A stretch of DNA of 64,000 nucleotides from Spirochaetota bacterium (GTDB lineage Bacteria; Spirochaetota; UBA4802; UBA5550): assembly GCA_963664815.2 (NCBI GenBank), contig CAXXHB010000003.1:2144001-2208000 (forward strand), written 5' to 3'. Below the pieces are notes generated by a model. The model made no database searches and had not been told where the DNA came from. It saw only the letters and a program-made list of their open reading frames with translations. Both the position numbers and the translations under genes were made by a program. Shown piece by piece: positions 39,961 through 50,969 of the stretch. The number at the start of each line of letters is the position of its first letter. The stretch's first letter is position 1.

Positions 39961-41658
39961 TTATTCACCATAACAGATATGTTTTTTAATCTCTCTGCAT
40001 AATTCCTCAACAGAAAAAGGTGATCCATTATACTTTAAAATTCTTTTATCAATTGAAACCCCTGTATTAAGCAATATAAGCTGTGCAAATTGAGCTGATG
40101 AATTGTTTTCAACAATAATTATATCCGACGCCATTTTTAAATATTCCACTGTATTCCCGTGAAAAGGATAGATCCATGAGAAATGTAATACAGCTATGGT
40201 TTTATCTCCCAGATTTTCAACAGCTTCAGTAACTGTATTAAGTGTAGACCCCCAACAGATAACAAGTGTTTTATATTTTTTATCACCGTACAGACGCGGT
40301 TGAATAATATCATTCCGGATAAATCCGGCTTTTTCCCGGCGTTTATCAACCATACTTATTCGCACGCCAGCATCCTCTGTGATATAACCCCATTCATCAT
40401 GTTCATCACTGTCAACACATACATTCCCTGTTCCATAACCGGGAATCCCCCTTGGACTAATTCCCTTGTTTGTATAGGCAAACCTTTTGTAATCCCTTTC
40501 TGTTTCGACAATATATTTTTCAGGTAAAAAGACATCTGTTTCAAAGACCGGTGTATTATAACTGCTGTCTATATAAAACTGGTCTGTTAATACAAAAACA
40601 GGTACCTGGTATTTATCAGCCAGATTAAATGCTCTCCGTGTCAGATCAAAACCCTCTTCTATTGTCCCCGGTGCAAGAATGATACGCGGGAAATCACCAT
40701 GCCCGGCATAAAGAACAAGGTTCAGATCCCCCTGCTCTGTACGGGTTGGAAGGCCGGTTGCAGGCCCCGGACGCTGTGCAAGATGCATTACAAATGGAGA
40801 CTCTATCATCCCGCATAAACTTATTCCTTCGCACATAAGGGCAAATCCTCCTCCTGATGTTGTAACAAAAGCCCTTGCTCCAGCATACCATGCACCAAGC
40901 GCCATATTCACAACACCAACTTCATCCTCTACCTGTTCTGCAATTATATCGCAATTCATTGAATATGAGGCCATCTTTTCAAGAACACTTGTAGAAGGTG
41001 ACATCGGATAACCACAAACATAGTTGCATCCACCTGCCATCGCCCCCAGTGAGATTGCATCGGCTCCTGAAAGAAGAAGATTCACTTTTATATCTTCTGA
41101 TTTATAAATATCGATATTAATAAATGCCAAACGGCTCCCTGCTTCATGACCTCGTTTTATTGCTTCAGCATTCTTTCTTATTGTTTCATCATCCCTGCCT
41201 GAAAAATATCCCAGTATAAAATCCTCGCACATCATTTTATCAATCTTAAACATGCCGCATATAAAGCCTGCAGCAACAGTGTTTGTCAATACAACATTAC
41301 CGATCTCAGCTGCTATCTTTGAAAAACCTGAATCCACCATATTTTCATAATTTATATTATCTCTCTCGCCAATAACAACAGTATCAGCAGTTATTCTGTT
41401 TTTCAGATGATCAATCGCTCCTTTATGAAGAGGCATTAAAATATCTATCCTTTCAAGAAAACCCGCTACAGATTTTGATGATACCCTTATTTCTGTTGAG
41501 TTTACTCCACCTCTTACCCTTGACATAAATTCGGATGTCGAAAAAACGTTATAACCGTTTCTTTTCAGTAATAGTGTAATTATACTTTCAATGACCTGTA
41601 TCCCCTGCCCCGCTTCACCTGCCAGCACTATTGACAAATCACCGGATATATTTTTCAT
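39961..41658 (-). CDS. 2-oxoacid:ferredoxin oxidoreductase alpha subunit (gamma-alpha fusion)
   Basis: [47 protein letters not shown]. Confidence 0.93.
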   Translation of the reverse strand: MKNISGDLSIVLAGEAGQGIQVIESIITLLLKRNGYNVFSTSEFMSRVRGGVNSTEIRVSSKSVAGFLERIDILMPLHKGAIDHLKNRITADTVVIGERDNINYENMVDSGFSKIAAEIGNVVLTNTVAAGFICGMFKIDKMMCEDFILGYFSGRDDETIRKNAEAIKRGHEAGSRLAFINIDIYKSEDIKVNLLLSGADAISLGAMAGGCNYVCGYPMSPSTSVLEKMASYSMNCDIIAEQVEDEVGVVNMALGAWYAGARAFVTTSGGGFALMCEGISLCGMIESPFVMHLAQRPGPATGLPTRTEQGDLNLVLYAGHGDFPRIILAPGTIEEGFDLTRRAFNLADKYQVPVFVLTDQFYIDSSYNTPVFETDVFLPEKYIVETERDYKRFAYTNKGISPRGIPGYGTGNVCVDSDEHDEWGYITEDAGVRISMVDKRREKAGFIRNDIIQPRLYGDKKYKTLVICWGSTLNTVTEAVENLGDKTIAVLHFSWIYPFHGNTVEYLKMASDIIIVENNSSAQFAQLILLNTGVSIDKRILKYNGSPFSVEELCREIKKHICYGE

Positions 41659-41859
41659 TGTATAATCCCTTAGCCTCTGTAAGTTTATTTTATTCCTTTT
41701 ATGGCAATTATTTCTTCAATCTTAAATAAAAGAATATATATCTATTCAGAAAAAACGACATTTATTTCATTTTCGTTTTATTATTCCCTTTAAAAAAATG
41801 TTTTCTCCACACTGAATGAATATATTGAAGAATAAATCTTTAACGGAGGTAAATAATAC

Positions 41860-42063
41860 ATGAGTGAAAATAAATATATTTACAGATGCGGCAAGTGCGG
41901 CAGAACCGAAAACATTGAAGGTGATAAAATCACTCCTTACTGCTGTGAACAGATAATGGTGAAAGATCCGCTGGATCAATGCACAATTCCTGATAATCCC
42001 GAGATGACAAGAAACAGCGACTCAGGAGAACCATGTGACGACGGAAGGGGTAAAGAGAATTAA
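41860..42063 (+). CDS. Small desulforedoxin-like Cys-rich protein
   Basis: YRCGKCG...PYCCEQIM plus C-terminal CT...EPCDDGRG; GGAGG RBS. Confidence 0.75.
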   Translation: MSENKYIYRCGKCGRTENIEGDKITPYCCEQIMVKDPLDQCTIPDNPEMTRNSDSGEPCDDGRGKEN

Positions 42064-42338
42064 GTTGATTTAAAAGGAGAATTATCTTCAGAAAATATTA
42101 GAAAGTCTGTCATTTATTATCAGATATCTATTTTAATGCTGAAATATTATGCAGCGACCTTATCTTAACAATAAGGCACTATCCATATATCAAGCCAATA
42201 TATTTAATATTTAAAAATACAAACATTTGTTAGTTTGTCAATAATCACGGATCTCAGCTACAATCCGGTTTTTATGATACTGTAAAATATATTTGATATT
42301 TAATAAAAACAATATTAACGGGCAGAATAATAAAAAAA

Positions 42339-42359
42339 GTTCCGGCTTTAAACCGGAAC
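42339..42359. terminator. Bidirectional rho-independent terminator
   Basis: GTTCCGG-N7-CCGGAAC flanked by an A7 run and a T-run. Confidence 0.7.
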
Positions 42360-42409
42360 CTGTTTTTTTAAAAACTTAGTTTGTTGCTTAAGAAATGAAT
42401 TATGCTTAA

Positions 42410-42751
42410 TTATTTCTTTTTTGCAGGCTCAGCTTTTTTTGCAGGCTCAGCTTTTTTTGCAGGCTCAGCTTTTTTTGCAGGCTCAGCTTTTTTTGCATCA
42501 CAATCTGCTACGCATTTTGCTTTTGCATCGTCACAAGCTTTTACTTTTGCTTTTGCTTTTCCAGCTGTTTTTATACAAGCATCATAATTTTTGTCGCAAT
42601 CAGCTTTGCATGCAACTTTTGGATCTGCTTTAACATCAGCAACTTTTTCAACTGCTTTTGCACCAGCTTCATCTTTTACCGCTTTTTTTGTACAAGCTGC
42701 AAAACTGAAAGCAAGCATAAGTGTGAGAGCAAGAATTGAAAACTTTTTCAT
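42410..42751 (-). CDS. Cys-rich, Lys/Ala-rich lipoprotein with AEPAKK repeats
   Basis: Lipobox FAAC; six further Cys; GGAGG RBS. Confidence 0.85.
   Translation of the reverse strand: MKKFSILALTLMLAFSFAACTKKAVKDEAGAKAVEKVADVKADPKVACKADCDKNYDACIKTAGKAKAKVKACDDAKAKCVADCDAKKAEPAKKAEPAKKAEPAKKAEPAKKK
42417..42497. repeat. 18-bp tandem repeat, about 4.5 identical copies
   Basis: Unit TTTTTTGCAGGCTCAGCT; encodes KKAEPA on the minus strand. Confidence 0.95.
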
Positions 42752-43166
42752 TTAGTAAGTCCTCCGTCTTTATTATTTAATTTTTTTACTCAGGCAACAG
42801 CATTTAAAAGTAATGCTGTACTTGCAACCATTATTATGGAATTAACCAAATGATTATGAATAATATAAAATCAAATTAGTATCCCTTTTATAAGGTTATT
42901 AACAATTTTAGTTAACATCATATATTTTTTCCACTATTATTTTTATTTTTATCATCATAAAACAAAAAAAATTAATATAGAACAGGTAAAATTTAATAGC
43001 CATAAAAACTCTGTTTTATCAAATTAACGAATGCATGCATACAATTTAAAGAATTATCATACTCAAATTACGCAAAGATTAAATCTTTTTTAGAATTTAT
43101 AAGAATATTCAACTTATAATAAATATATTTCATAATGTGAAATAAAAAATTATTTTTATCGATAAA

Positions 43167-43817
43167 TCAATATGACCAATTTTTATACATGGGGGTCAGC
43201 TCAACCTGAGGTTTACCATCTTTATAGGTACTGCTGCTAATCCATAAAACATGATTTATCTTTTTACGAGGTTTCCCGCTGTTTCTATCAGGTGGAAGAT
43301 GATATTGTTCACTGCAGAATTTTGCATAATACTTCTTATTTTTTATCAAACCATACTCTACTGAGGAGAAAATTTTATCATTATCAGTTTCTCTCTGGCT
43401 GAATGAACCTGTTTTCTCAATATATGTTCTTATTTTACTTTTACCCAAAGGAACTATAATGTTTTTATAAATAAGAACGAAATCCTCATCGCTGGCCCAC
43501 GATTTGTATGACGACATTATATCATCTACGCCGCAATAAGTAATTACCTGCACAAAAACATAACTCTGTTTAGTGGCAGTTACTGATGATTCATTACCGT
43601 CAAATGTTACTTCAAATTCACTAATTCCATCATTTGCCATATACTCTCTGAACTCATCAAAAGTCATCTCTTTCATATTACCACCGGCTGCAGTAAGTAA
43701 TAATATTAAAAAACCGTTAAACATTAAAAATAATTTTCTGTGAATATAAACCTTATTTATTTCTCCTTTCATTTTAAGCATCAACTCTCTGTGTAAAACT
43801 CTGAAGTTATCCTTCAA
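43167..43817 (-). CDS. Hypothetical protein (start uncertain)
   Basis: Long ORF overlapping the end of hisA; hydrophobic segment near the N-terminus. Confidence 0.6.
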   Translation of the reverse strand: MKDNFRVLHRELMLKMKGEINKVYIHRKLFLMFNGFLILLLTAAGGNMKEMTFDEFREYMANDGISEFEVTFDGNESSVTATKQSYVFVQVITYCGVDDIMSSYKSWASDEDFVLIYKNIIVPLGKSKIRTYIEKTGSFSQRETDNDKIFSSVEYGLIKNKKYYAKFCSEQYHLPPDRNSGKPRKKINHVLWISSSTYKDGKPQVELTPMYKNWSY

Positions 43818-44574
43818 ACTTCACTCTGAACTCTTTTCTTTTTAATACTTCCTGGTAGGAAATATTTCCTCCGAAAATATCCAGTGCACTCCCTATAGTA
43901 AGATCAATTTTACCCTTCCCCTCTTTAAATACAAGTTCAATATCATCAAAATCCTTAACACCACCTGCATATGTAGCCGGAATTTTTACTGAATCGCCAA
44001 GTATACTTACCAGTTTCAGGTCAACACCCTCTTTCATTCCCTCAACATCTACTGCATGTACAAGAAATTCATCGCAGTACTCTTCGAGCTTCATTATATT
44101 TTCACCTGTTATTCTGAAATCTGTAAAGTTCCGCCACCTATCGGTAACAATATAATATGAATTATCTCTACTGCGGCAGCTGAGATCAATAACAAGTCTG
44201 TCTCTTCCTGTCTTCCGTATCATCTTCTGAAGATTGTCAAAATTAAATACTCCGTTTTTAAAGACATATGAAGTAACAATAACATGGGATGCGCCTGCAT
44301 CAAGAAACCTGAAGGCATTATCCGGAGAAATACCTCCGCCGACCTGCAATCCGCCAGGATATGCATTAAGCGCGTTCAGAGCCTCATCTTCATTTCCCGG
44401 CCCCAGCATTATTATATGCCCCCCGGTCAACCCGTCTCTTTTATACAATTCTGCATAATAAGCGGCATTTTTGTCCGATACAAAATTCTCCACAGCGTTT
44501 TCATCGTCGAGCGAACCGCCGACTATCTGCTTTACCCTGCCATTATGGAGATCTATACATGGCCTGAATTTCAT
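43807..44574 (-). CDS. hisA: ProFAR isomerase, His6/eukaryote-like subtype
   Basis: FRPCIDLHNGRVKQIVGG, GGHIIMLG, ASHVIVTSY, DLSCR, EFLVHAVDVEG, DLTIGSALDIFGG. Confidence 0.92.
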   Translation of the reverse strand: MKFRPCIDLHNGRVKQIVGGSLDDENAVENFVSDKNAAYYAELYKRDGLTGGHIIMLGPGNEDEALNALNAYPGGLQVGGGISPDNAFRFLDAGASHVIVTSYVFKNGVFNFDNLQKMIRKTGRDRLVIDLSCRSRDNSYYIVTDRWRNFTDFRITGENIMKLEEYCDEFLVHAVDVEGMKEGVDLKLVSILGDSVKIPATYAGGVKDFDDIELVFKEGKGKIDLTIGSALDIFGGNISYQEVLKRKEFRVKFEG

Positions 44575-45794
44575 AGCTGTTCCACCGTCAAATTTCTTTT
44601 ATAAAACGGAAGTATTAAAATCACCGCCGCTGAAATTATTGTCCCGATAATAAAACATTTAGAATACCCCATTTTACCGGTGAGAACTCCCGACAACAAT
44701 GCACCTGGTGTTTTTCCCAATACCTCCAGGCATGCAAGGAGTGTATAATGTGTTGCACCTATGCTTTTATCAACATTAAACATCATAAAAGCGAATAAAG
44801 CAGTTGTAAGCAATCCGCCAAAAAAATGTTCAAGGAGAGTCGCTGCTATTACATGGGATGGCTCCGGAAGAATAAATGTTAATGAAGTTATGTAAATAAG
44901 CGGTAAAAGTCTCAAAATACACGCTATGAACAGAGACCTGTATACTGTAAGTCTGGATGCAATAACACCACCTGCGGCAGAACCTGCTATGGAAGCTGCC
45001 ATACCGTATGTTCCAACCCATAACCCTATATCTGATGCGGCTATACCTGAGTCAATAAGAAACGGTTTATACATCACATCAATCATTATCTCTCCGAATT
45101 TATATACCGCAATGAATAGTATAAGCCACCTGAACGAAATTTCTTTCATTGATTTAAGAAGTATTTTCCATAAATCTTTAAACGAAATCCTTTTGACAAT
45201 TTCAGCTTCCGGTACAGCTTCTTTATAAAACAGGATAAGGATCAGAGGGAGTATTGAAATCAATGCCATAATTATAAACAGAGTATTCCATGCAAAATAC
45301 TGTGTCATCCAAACCAGCAGTCCACCGCTGATTATCATGCCGGATTTGTATCCCACAACCTGAGCCGCATTACCATAACCAAGTTCTTTTTCACCGAGAA
45401 TATCCACAGCAAGACCATCGACAGCAATATCCTGTGTGGCAGCAGCAAGGTTCATAACAAAGATGTTTGCCGCGAGAAAAAACAATCCTAAGGAGGATGT
45501 ATATGATGCAGACAGAACGGAAATGAAAAGAATAACCTGCAGCGGAATAATCCATGACCTCCTCCTTCCTGTTTTATGGTTCCATACAGTATCAAGCAAT
45601 GGCGCCCAGAAAATTTTCAGCATCCATGGAGCTGCAAGTATTGTACTGAACCCTATTAAGGTCAGAGAAACACCTTTCTGCCTTAGATAAACAGGTAGAG
45701 CGGTAGCCTGGTAACCGAAAGGAAGGCCCTGCGACAGGTAAAGTGAAAAGAGAAGAACGATACGGTATGTTTTTTTTCTTTTTCCATTTTTCAT
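44571..45794 (-). CDS. AmpG/RhtX-like MFS transporter
   Basis: [36 protein letters not shown]. Confidence 0.9.
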   Translation of the reverse strand: MKNGKRKKTYRIVLLFSLYLSQGLPFGYQATALPVYLRQKGVSLTLIGFSTILAAPWMLKIFWAPLLDTVWNHKTGRRRSWIIPLQVILFISVLSASYTSSLGLFFLAANIFVMNLAAATQDIAVDGLAVDILGEKELGYGNAAQVVGYKSGMIISGGLLVWMTQYFAWNTLFIIMALISILPLILILFYKEAVPEAEIVKRISFKDLWKILLKSMKEISFRWLILFIAVYKFGEIMIDVMYKPFLIDSGIAASDIGLWVGTYGMAASIAGSAAGGVIASRLTVYRSLFIACILRLLPLIYITSLTFILPEPSHVIAATLLEHFFGGLLTTALFAFMMFNVDKSIGATHYTLLACLEVLGKTPGALLSGVLTGKMGYSKCFIIGTIISAAVILILPFYKRNLTVEQL

Positions 45795-45864
45795 AAGTTT
45801 AATATGCTGAAAACTATATTCTATGTTAATTCCTTAAAAATATTTTGGTAAAAAAATAATTATT

Positions 45865-45980
45865 CCACAACCGCCCCTGGCGGCTGTGGCGATTGAGTAT
45901 TTTTTATTATTAAATCTGCCATGAATTATTATTGAATGATAATAATATTCATGGCAGATTTAAAGTCAATTAAATACTCA
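45865..45980. repeat. Two adjacent hairpins: GC-rich 45865-45889 and a long IR with 17-bp perfect arms (45910-45963)
   Basis: CCACAACCGCC-CCT-GGCGGCTGTGG; TTAAATCTGCCATGAAT...ATTCATGGCAGATTTAA, extended by TGAGTATTT / AAATACTCA. Confidence 0.75.
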
Positions 45981-46095
45981 AATGACATCTGGAATTGAAA
46001 ACAGGATTGATGTATTGAAACTTATTTATGACAGTATACATTTTTCTTGACATAAAAGCTGATTCAATAAATATCATTCTGTAAACAAAACTACC

Positions 46096-46168
46096 GCCAA
46101 CGTAGCTCAGTCGGTAGAGCAGCTCACTCGTAATGAGCAGGTCGCCCGTTCGATTCGGGTCGTTGGCT
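46096..46168 (+). tRNA. tRNA-Thr(CGT), CCA not encoded
   Basis: Acceptor stem GCCAACG/CGTTGGC, D arm GCTCAGTCGGTAGAGC, anticodon loop CTCGTAA, T loop TTCGATT. Confidence 0.97.
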
Positions 46169-46432
46169 GATAACTACTGAATATTTCAGGGCTTTTCTGT
46201 ATACAATCAACACACATTATAATATAAACTCCTCGTCGGGCATATATATGTCTAAGATAATGGAAATGCAGATTTGTACCATTAGGTAAAAGATTAAATG
46301 ACAATCTTTTTCTTACTCACTCAAATGAATTTCTCAACCACTCTTCAGATTTCCATTCATGAAAGACTCGACCTGTTTATTAAAATCCACTTCTCTTTTG
46401 GAAATGCTCGATAAGAAAATCGGTGGTGACAT

Positions 46433-46660
46433 ATGACAAAAGCTTTAGCAATAAATACACTCTCTGACGTATGTATAAGAAGGAACCCAGAACCGGGTTT
46501 TATACTTCATTCAAACAGAGACAGCCAATATTGCAGTGTTAAATATCAAAAAGAAATTACAAAAAGAAAATTTATTTGCAGTATGAGCCGTAAAGGTAAC
46601 TGTTGGGATAATGCACCAATGGAATCTTCTTGGGTAAATTAAAAACTGAATGGTTATATT
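46433..46660 (+). pseudogene. IS3-family transposase (rve) remnant
   Basis: LHSNRDSQYCS, SMSRKGNCWDNAPMES, then a frameshift to GKLKTEWLY. Confidence 0.85.
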
Positions 46661-46752
46661 CCTCCAATGAAGATGGGAATTACAGCATAAACAAAAATCA
46701 CATGGTGAATTCTTACTGTCTATGATTCTGCAGTAAGGTCAAGATATTAAAT

Positions 46753-47148
46753 TCAATGTATAATGATATCTATAAAACTTCTTGAATAATATCCTGTTTG
46801 ACTATTTTCTGTTACTAGTTTTAATGTGTATTCCCCTGGTGAGACTAAATTCCCCAAATCATTTCTTCCATTCCATATTACTGGGTTCGAATAAGCAAGT
46901 GTAGTTACACTGTAATTTTTTTGAACTATTTCATCTCCGTCAATATCAAATACAGTTAACGCTAAACTGTCTAATACTGGTGATGAAACACCATTTGGAT
47001 AACTGATTTTAAGTACTGATTGACCATCAGAGTTAAATGGCACCGGATATACAATTATATCATTATCATCGTTTATAATTTTATCACTATTACAAAAAAC
47101 TGTCGATGTCAATAATAGGATAATATAAATTAATATAAAATTTCGCAT
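46753..47148 (-). CDS. Exported FlgD-Ig-like domain protein
   Basis: Signal peptide from ATG 47148; VYPVPFN, VFDIDG, WNGRND.G..VSPGEY. Confidence 0.75.
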   Translation of the reverse strand: MRNFILIYIILLLTSTVFCNSDKIINDDNDIIVYPVPFNSDGQSVLKISYPNGVSSPVLDSLALTVFDIDGDEIVQKNYSVTTLAYSNPVIWNGRNDLGNLVSPGEYTLKLVTENSQTGYYSRSFIDIIIH

Positions 47149-47239
47149 TCCAATAATACCCGCTGTATTGTAATAAATGTTTTGCATAACTTAAACTATT
47201 AAATAACTAATGAATAATATGCAACATTAATACAAAAAA

Positions 47240-47425
47240 TCAAGTTCTACTTATTTTTCTCCTCAACATTATATTATTCTTTTTCAAGATAATTCTTTTT
47301 CTTATTTCCTTCCGGGCCAAATTGTCTAATGAAAGGTTGGCAAACAGTTTTTTTAATTTTGCATTCTCATCTTCAGGTTGTCGCAACCGGGAGTTTAGCT
47401 CTTTCCAGAATTCATGATCCATCAA
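47240..47425 (-). pseudogene. IS3-family OrfA remnant
   Basis: RLRQPEDENAKLKKLFANLSLDN leucine-zipper motif; no HTH and no OrfB. Confidence 0.65.
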
Positions 47426-47539
47426 CTCTTCAAATTGCTCAGATGTTAAATAAACTTCACGCTGAATATCAATATATCAATTATTACCAGGAATGTAGAG
47501 AAAGCTGCCATAATGCCGGAATTATTCCATACATCCTTT

Positions 47540-48199
47540 TTATCTTTTCTTCATACGCTGTTGAGAACAACCATCAGAATAAACCCGTTCCATGTATCCT
47601 GTGGTGAGCAGGCTTATTTCCCACTTTTCCGTATACTTGATTTTACGTGTTTCGGCATTTTCACCACCACCGTTAAAATCAAAATTGTAATTCAATATTA
47701 ATTGTTTATTTCCTTTTATTAACCAGTTACCGGCCCTGTACTCCGGACCTCCATCAATTGTAAACGTTCCGTTTTCACTGAACGTTATATAATAGGTGTT
47801 ATCAATACCATTTAAAAAAACCCAGCATCCCCGGATATTTTCCCGTGTGAGAGATAAAGGAGCTGGATCGAAATTTCTTAAAAATCCTCCGAAAGCCCAC
47901 CCGGTTTTTTCCCCATCAGGGCTGTCGTAATTTATCCTGTACCAGTAGGATTTTGAATTTGAAATCATCACCATATCATTACCCTGCTCAATAACTGTCA
48001 CTGTTGTGCCGTATTTAAGCGAGGTAATCTGTTTTGAATTCTGATCAGGTGATTCCCTGACACGGAGTCCTGATTTTGCAGAAACCCATAATGTTGATTG
48101 CAGTTCATAGACCTGCGCTGATCCCCAGTCGTCAGCATTCATGGATGCAGCGCTGACAGTACTTATAATAAGTAAAAATGCCGTCCGGAAGTATTTCAT
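47540..48199 (-). CDS. Exported bacterial SH3-domain protein
   Basis: Signal peptide; SAKSGLRVRESPD, LKYGTTV, WYRI, GWAFGGFL. Confidence 0.85.
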   Translation of the reverse strand: MKYFRTAFLLIISTVSAASMNADDWGSAQVYELQSTLWVSAKSGLRVRESPDQNSKQITSLKYGTTVTVIEQGNDMVMISNSKSYWYRINYDSPDGEKTGWAFGGFLRNFDPAPLSLTRENIRGCWVFLNGIDNTYYITFSENGTFTIDGGPEYRAGNWLIKGNKQLILNYNFDFNGGGENAETRKIKYTEKWEISLLTTGYMERVYSDGCSQQRMKKR

Positions 48200-48330
48200 A
48201 ATTAACCTCGAATTAATTTAATAAATTATTTGATATATGCATATTCCATATATATCAATTATCTTATTTTTCAACTTTAACTTCCCGGCTGAATAGTTAT
48301 TTTATAATCAGGATATATATAAACAGGTAT

Positions 48331-48786
48331 CTATAAAAATCTTGATACTGTATGAAACTCAGCTATATCTATAACTTTTACATTCGCCATATCCGCATGC
48401 AGCGGATTCAGTATATAGTTGTTTTCTTCATGTATCAGAGAAGACGGGACCTTCATTATAAAATTATCCGGGGATTTAAGCCAATCGACTGTATATCTAT
48501 ACAGTGCCGGAGATAATACTGATTTATCCCATCCCTTTGGTAATGACTTAATGCTGACTTCATATATACCGGCAGAAACATCAAACTCGAGTGTTAACAT
48601 ATCTATTTTAAAGGCAATGATATCCGGAGTTATATGCACCAGAAATTCAAGCGCCGCGAGGGATCTTGATTCCGAGGTATACAATACGTGCATCCCTTTC
48701 GGATTCCATCTACCGCCAACCGCCGCGGCACCATTACCCGACAAATCCCGTGCATGCTTATGCTTCGCAATGCGGTAGACAATCAT
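48331..48786 (-). CDS. RES-domain toxin (NAD+ phosphorylase-type)
   Basis: VYRI, LSG.GA...GGRWN, YTSESRSLAALE, VPS, NYILNP.H. Confidence 0.93.
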   Translation of the reverse strand: MIVYRIAKHKHARDLSGNGAAAVGGRWNPKGMHVLYTSESRSLAALEFLVHITPDIIAFKIDMLTLEFDVSAGIYEVSIKSLPKGWDKSVLSPALYRYTVDWLKSPDNFIMKVPSSLIHEENNYILNPLHADMANVKVIDIAEFHTVSRFL

Positions 48787-49226
48787 CAGATGTATACGCC
48801 ATGTTCAATACGTTCTATTTCATCATTTACCAGTTCTATTCCGGTAATGGAATCAAGAATATCAATAGGTCTTTTTCCTTTAAACGCCCTGAGAGGTATT
48901 TCCAGCCATTTCTTAAAACTCTCTTTATTTTCAAAAACAGATACACCATAAACAAATAAACTGGCCAGTGAAACTACCCTGTCTGCAACCGGCAACGGTA
49001 ACGATTTATCCGGTTTATATCTTTGCAAAGTCCGTAATGATATAGATGATAACTCACACATGGTATTCAGAGGTATATCAAAAGTATCTGCCAGGCTGAC
49101 CATATTGTGTTTTACAATATATCCATCTTTGAGAGATGTCAGATCTATTCTGTCTTTTATGTTAACATTCTTCTTCAGATCAAGGAACTTCCTGAAATAT
49201 GTATAATTTTCTGATGTTGATTCCAT
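48786..49226 (-). CDS. Xre/MbcA/ParS-type antitoxin
   Basis: ISLRTLQRY HTH; VFE....KWL..P..AF.G.RPIDIL...G...V..EI.RIEHG; 1-bp overlap with the RES gene. Confidence 0.92.
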   Translation of the reverse strand: MESTSENYTYFRKFLDLKKNVNIKDRIDLTSLKDGYIVKHNMVSLADTFDIPLNTMCELSSISLRTLQRYKPDKSLPLPVADRVVSLASLFVYGVSVFENKESFKKWLEIPLRAFKGKRPIDILDSITGIELVNDEIERIEHGVYI

Positions 49227-49568
49227 ACGTTTACTCCTTTGAAAGAATATGACAACTGCGTACTATATAATGTTACTTGTCATCTATGTCAATAATTAAT
49301 CCATAATATAATGGATATATTAATCTTAAATTCTGAATGTCCGGCAGAATTATACATGCATAAACAAGTTTCATATTGTCTGATGAAATGGTATACGCAT
49401 GACTTAAATTTGCATTCTCGCACCGGATATTACACAAAAATATTTCATAATAGATCTGCATGTTTGATTTATCTGAAACAAATTAATAAAATTGCATCCA
49501 TTAACAGTCTTTTTTTGTTACTAACATTAAATTCTATTATTTAAATAAAGTGGCCAGGTATACAGAAT

Positions 49569-50969
49569 ATGAAAACTATACTTTTCATTAACCCTTCTTC
49601 TTATGACGACAATAATAATTTATTGAAGAGTCGTAAGGCATTCATCCCGCCAAGAACACTGCCGTATCTGGCTGCATTATCAGCCATCCATCATAAGTAT
49701 GAAATGAAGATTATTGACGAAATTGTTGAGGATGTTCCCTTTGAAATGGATGCTGCTCTGGTCATTCTGACAGGAATGATTACTCATATTGACCGTGCAA
49801 TAGATATTGCAGGAAAGTTCAGAGCTAAAGGTGCAAAAGTAATTATCGGCGGACCGGGCGCATATTCCTGCATGGACTATGTGCAGAAAAGCAACGCATT
49901 TGACTCGATCGTATCGGGCGAAGCTGATGAATTATGGAAATCTATAATCGAGGATTTTGATCAAAACCGGTTAAAACCTTCATATAAAAGTGTGTCCACA
50001 CCTTTGCTATCCAATCTGCCATTTGCGAGATTTGATCTTATCAATAAAAAAAAATATAGAAAATCATCTGACAAAAACAATCCCATGCTGCCGATTGAAA
50101 CAAGCAGGGGATGCCCATATAATTGTAAATTTTGTATGGTGACTAATTATTTCGGAAAAAAAATCCGCCATCGCCCAATATCGGATGTTGTTGCAGAAAT
50201 CAGACATCACAATGCCAAAGATATTGTTTTCACAGACGATAACATAATAGCAGATACGGATTATTCAATAGAATTATTTAAAGCGTTAAAACCTCTTGGC
50301 GTTGAATGGTTTGGACAGTTTGATACTACGATTTGTCAGAAACCTGAACTTGTAAAGCTTGCAAATGAGTGCGGCTGCGGAGTGGCATTTCTTGGGATTG
50401 AATCAACGGATCAGAACAATTTGCTTGGAATAAATAAGCGCCACAATATGAAGAATTCTTTAAAAGATATCAGCGATGCATTCAAACATACAAAAATTTC
50501 CGTACATGCTTCGATGATCTTCGGGATGGATTTTGATACTGAAGCATCGATGGCAGAAACCATCAATGAACTGGTGAAAAACAATATCGACGCATTAATT
50601 CCATGGATTCTTACTCCGATGCCGGGAACGGCGGTCTATGATGAGATGAAAGCTCAGGGACGCATCCTTCATGAGAATTATTCGCTTTACGATGGAACGC
50701 ATGTTGTATTCCAGCCCAAACAGATGACACCTCAGCAACTCTCAGATGCCTATTGGAAGATATTCAGGCAGTTTTACAAGCCGAAACCTGTTCTGAAAAG
50801 ACTTTTCGGATATCAAAAAGGCTGGCTATTTGAGCAGTTTATTTATGACCTTTATGTCGCAGGACTTGTACGACAGAGAATTCATCCCTGGAAAGGGAAA
50901 TTATATGCGGAACATAATTCCATGGCAAAGGGGTTTTCTCGTTATTCCGGATTAGTACAACCAACCTGA
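49569..50969 (+). CDS. B12-binding radical SAM protein
   Basis: LPYLAAL, IIDE, IIGGP, GEAD cobalamin domain; ETSRGCPYNCKFC; GIES; TPMPGT. Confidence 0.9.
   Translation: MKTILFINPSSYDDNNNLLKSRKAFIPPRTLPYLAALSAIHHKYEMKIIDEIVEDVPFEMDAALVILTGMITHIDRAIDIAGKFRAKGAKVIIGGPGAYSCMDYVQKSNAFDSIVSGEADELWKSIIEDFDQNRLKPSYKSVSTPLLSNLPFARFDLINKKKYRKSSDKNNPMLPIETSRGCPYNCKFCMVTNYFGKKIRHRPISDVVAEIRHHNAKDIVFTDDNIIADTDYSIELFKALKPLGVEWFGQFDTTICQKPELVKLANECGCGVAFLGIESTDQNNLLGINKRHNMKNSLKDISDAFKHTKISVHASMIFGMDFDTEASMAETINELVKNNIDALIPWILTPMPGTAVYDEMKAQGRILHENYSLYDGTHVVFQPKQMTPQQLSDAYWKIFRQFYKPKPVLKRLFGYQKGWLFEQFIYDLYVAGLVRQRIHPWKGKLYAEHNSMAKGFSRYSGLVQPT

Noticed and set aside
42417-42497. Repeat array as a possible CRISPR
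   Set aside because: Head-to-tail 18-mers with no spacers, inside a CDS, and no cas genes
42402-42633. Plus-strand ORFs with FFAGSA and QAQLFL repeats
   Set aside because: Antisense shadows of the 18-bp repeat in the minus-strand lipoprotein gene
46107-46304. 65-aa minus-strand ORF
   Set aside because: Overlaps tRNA-Thr antisense; typical artefact
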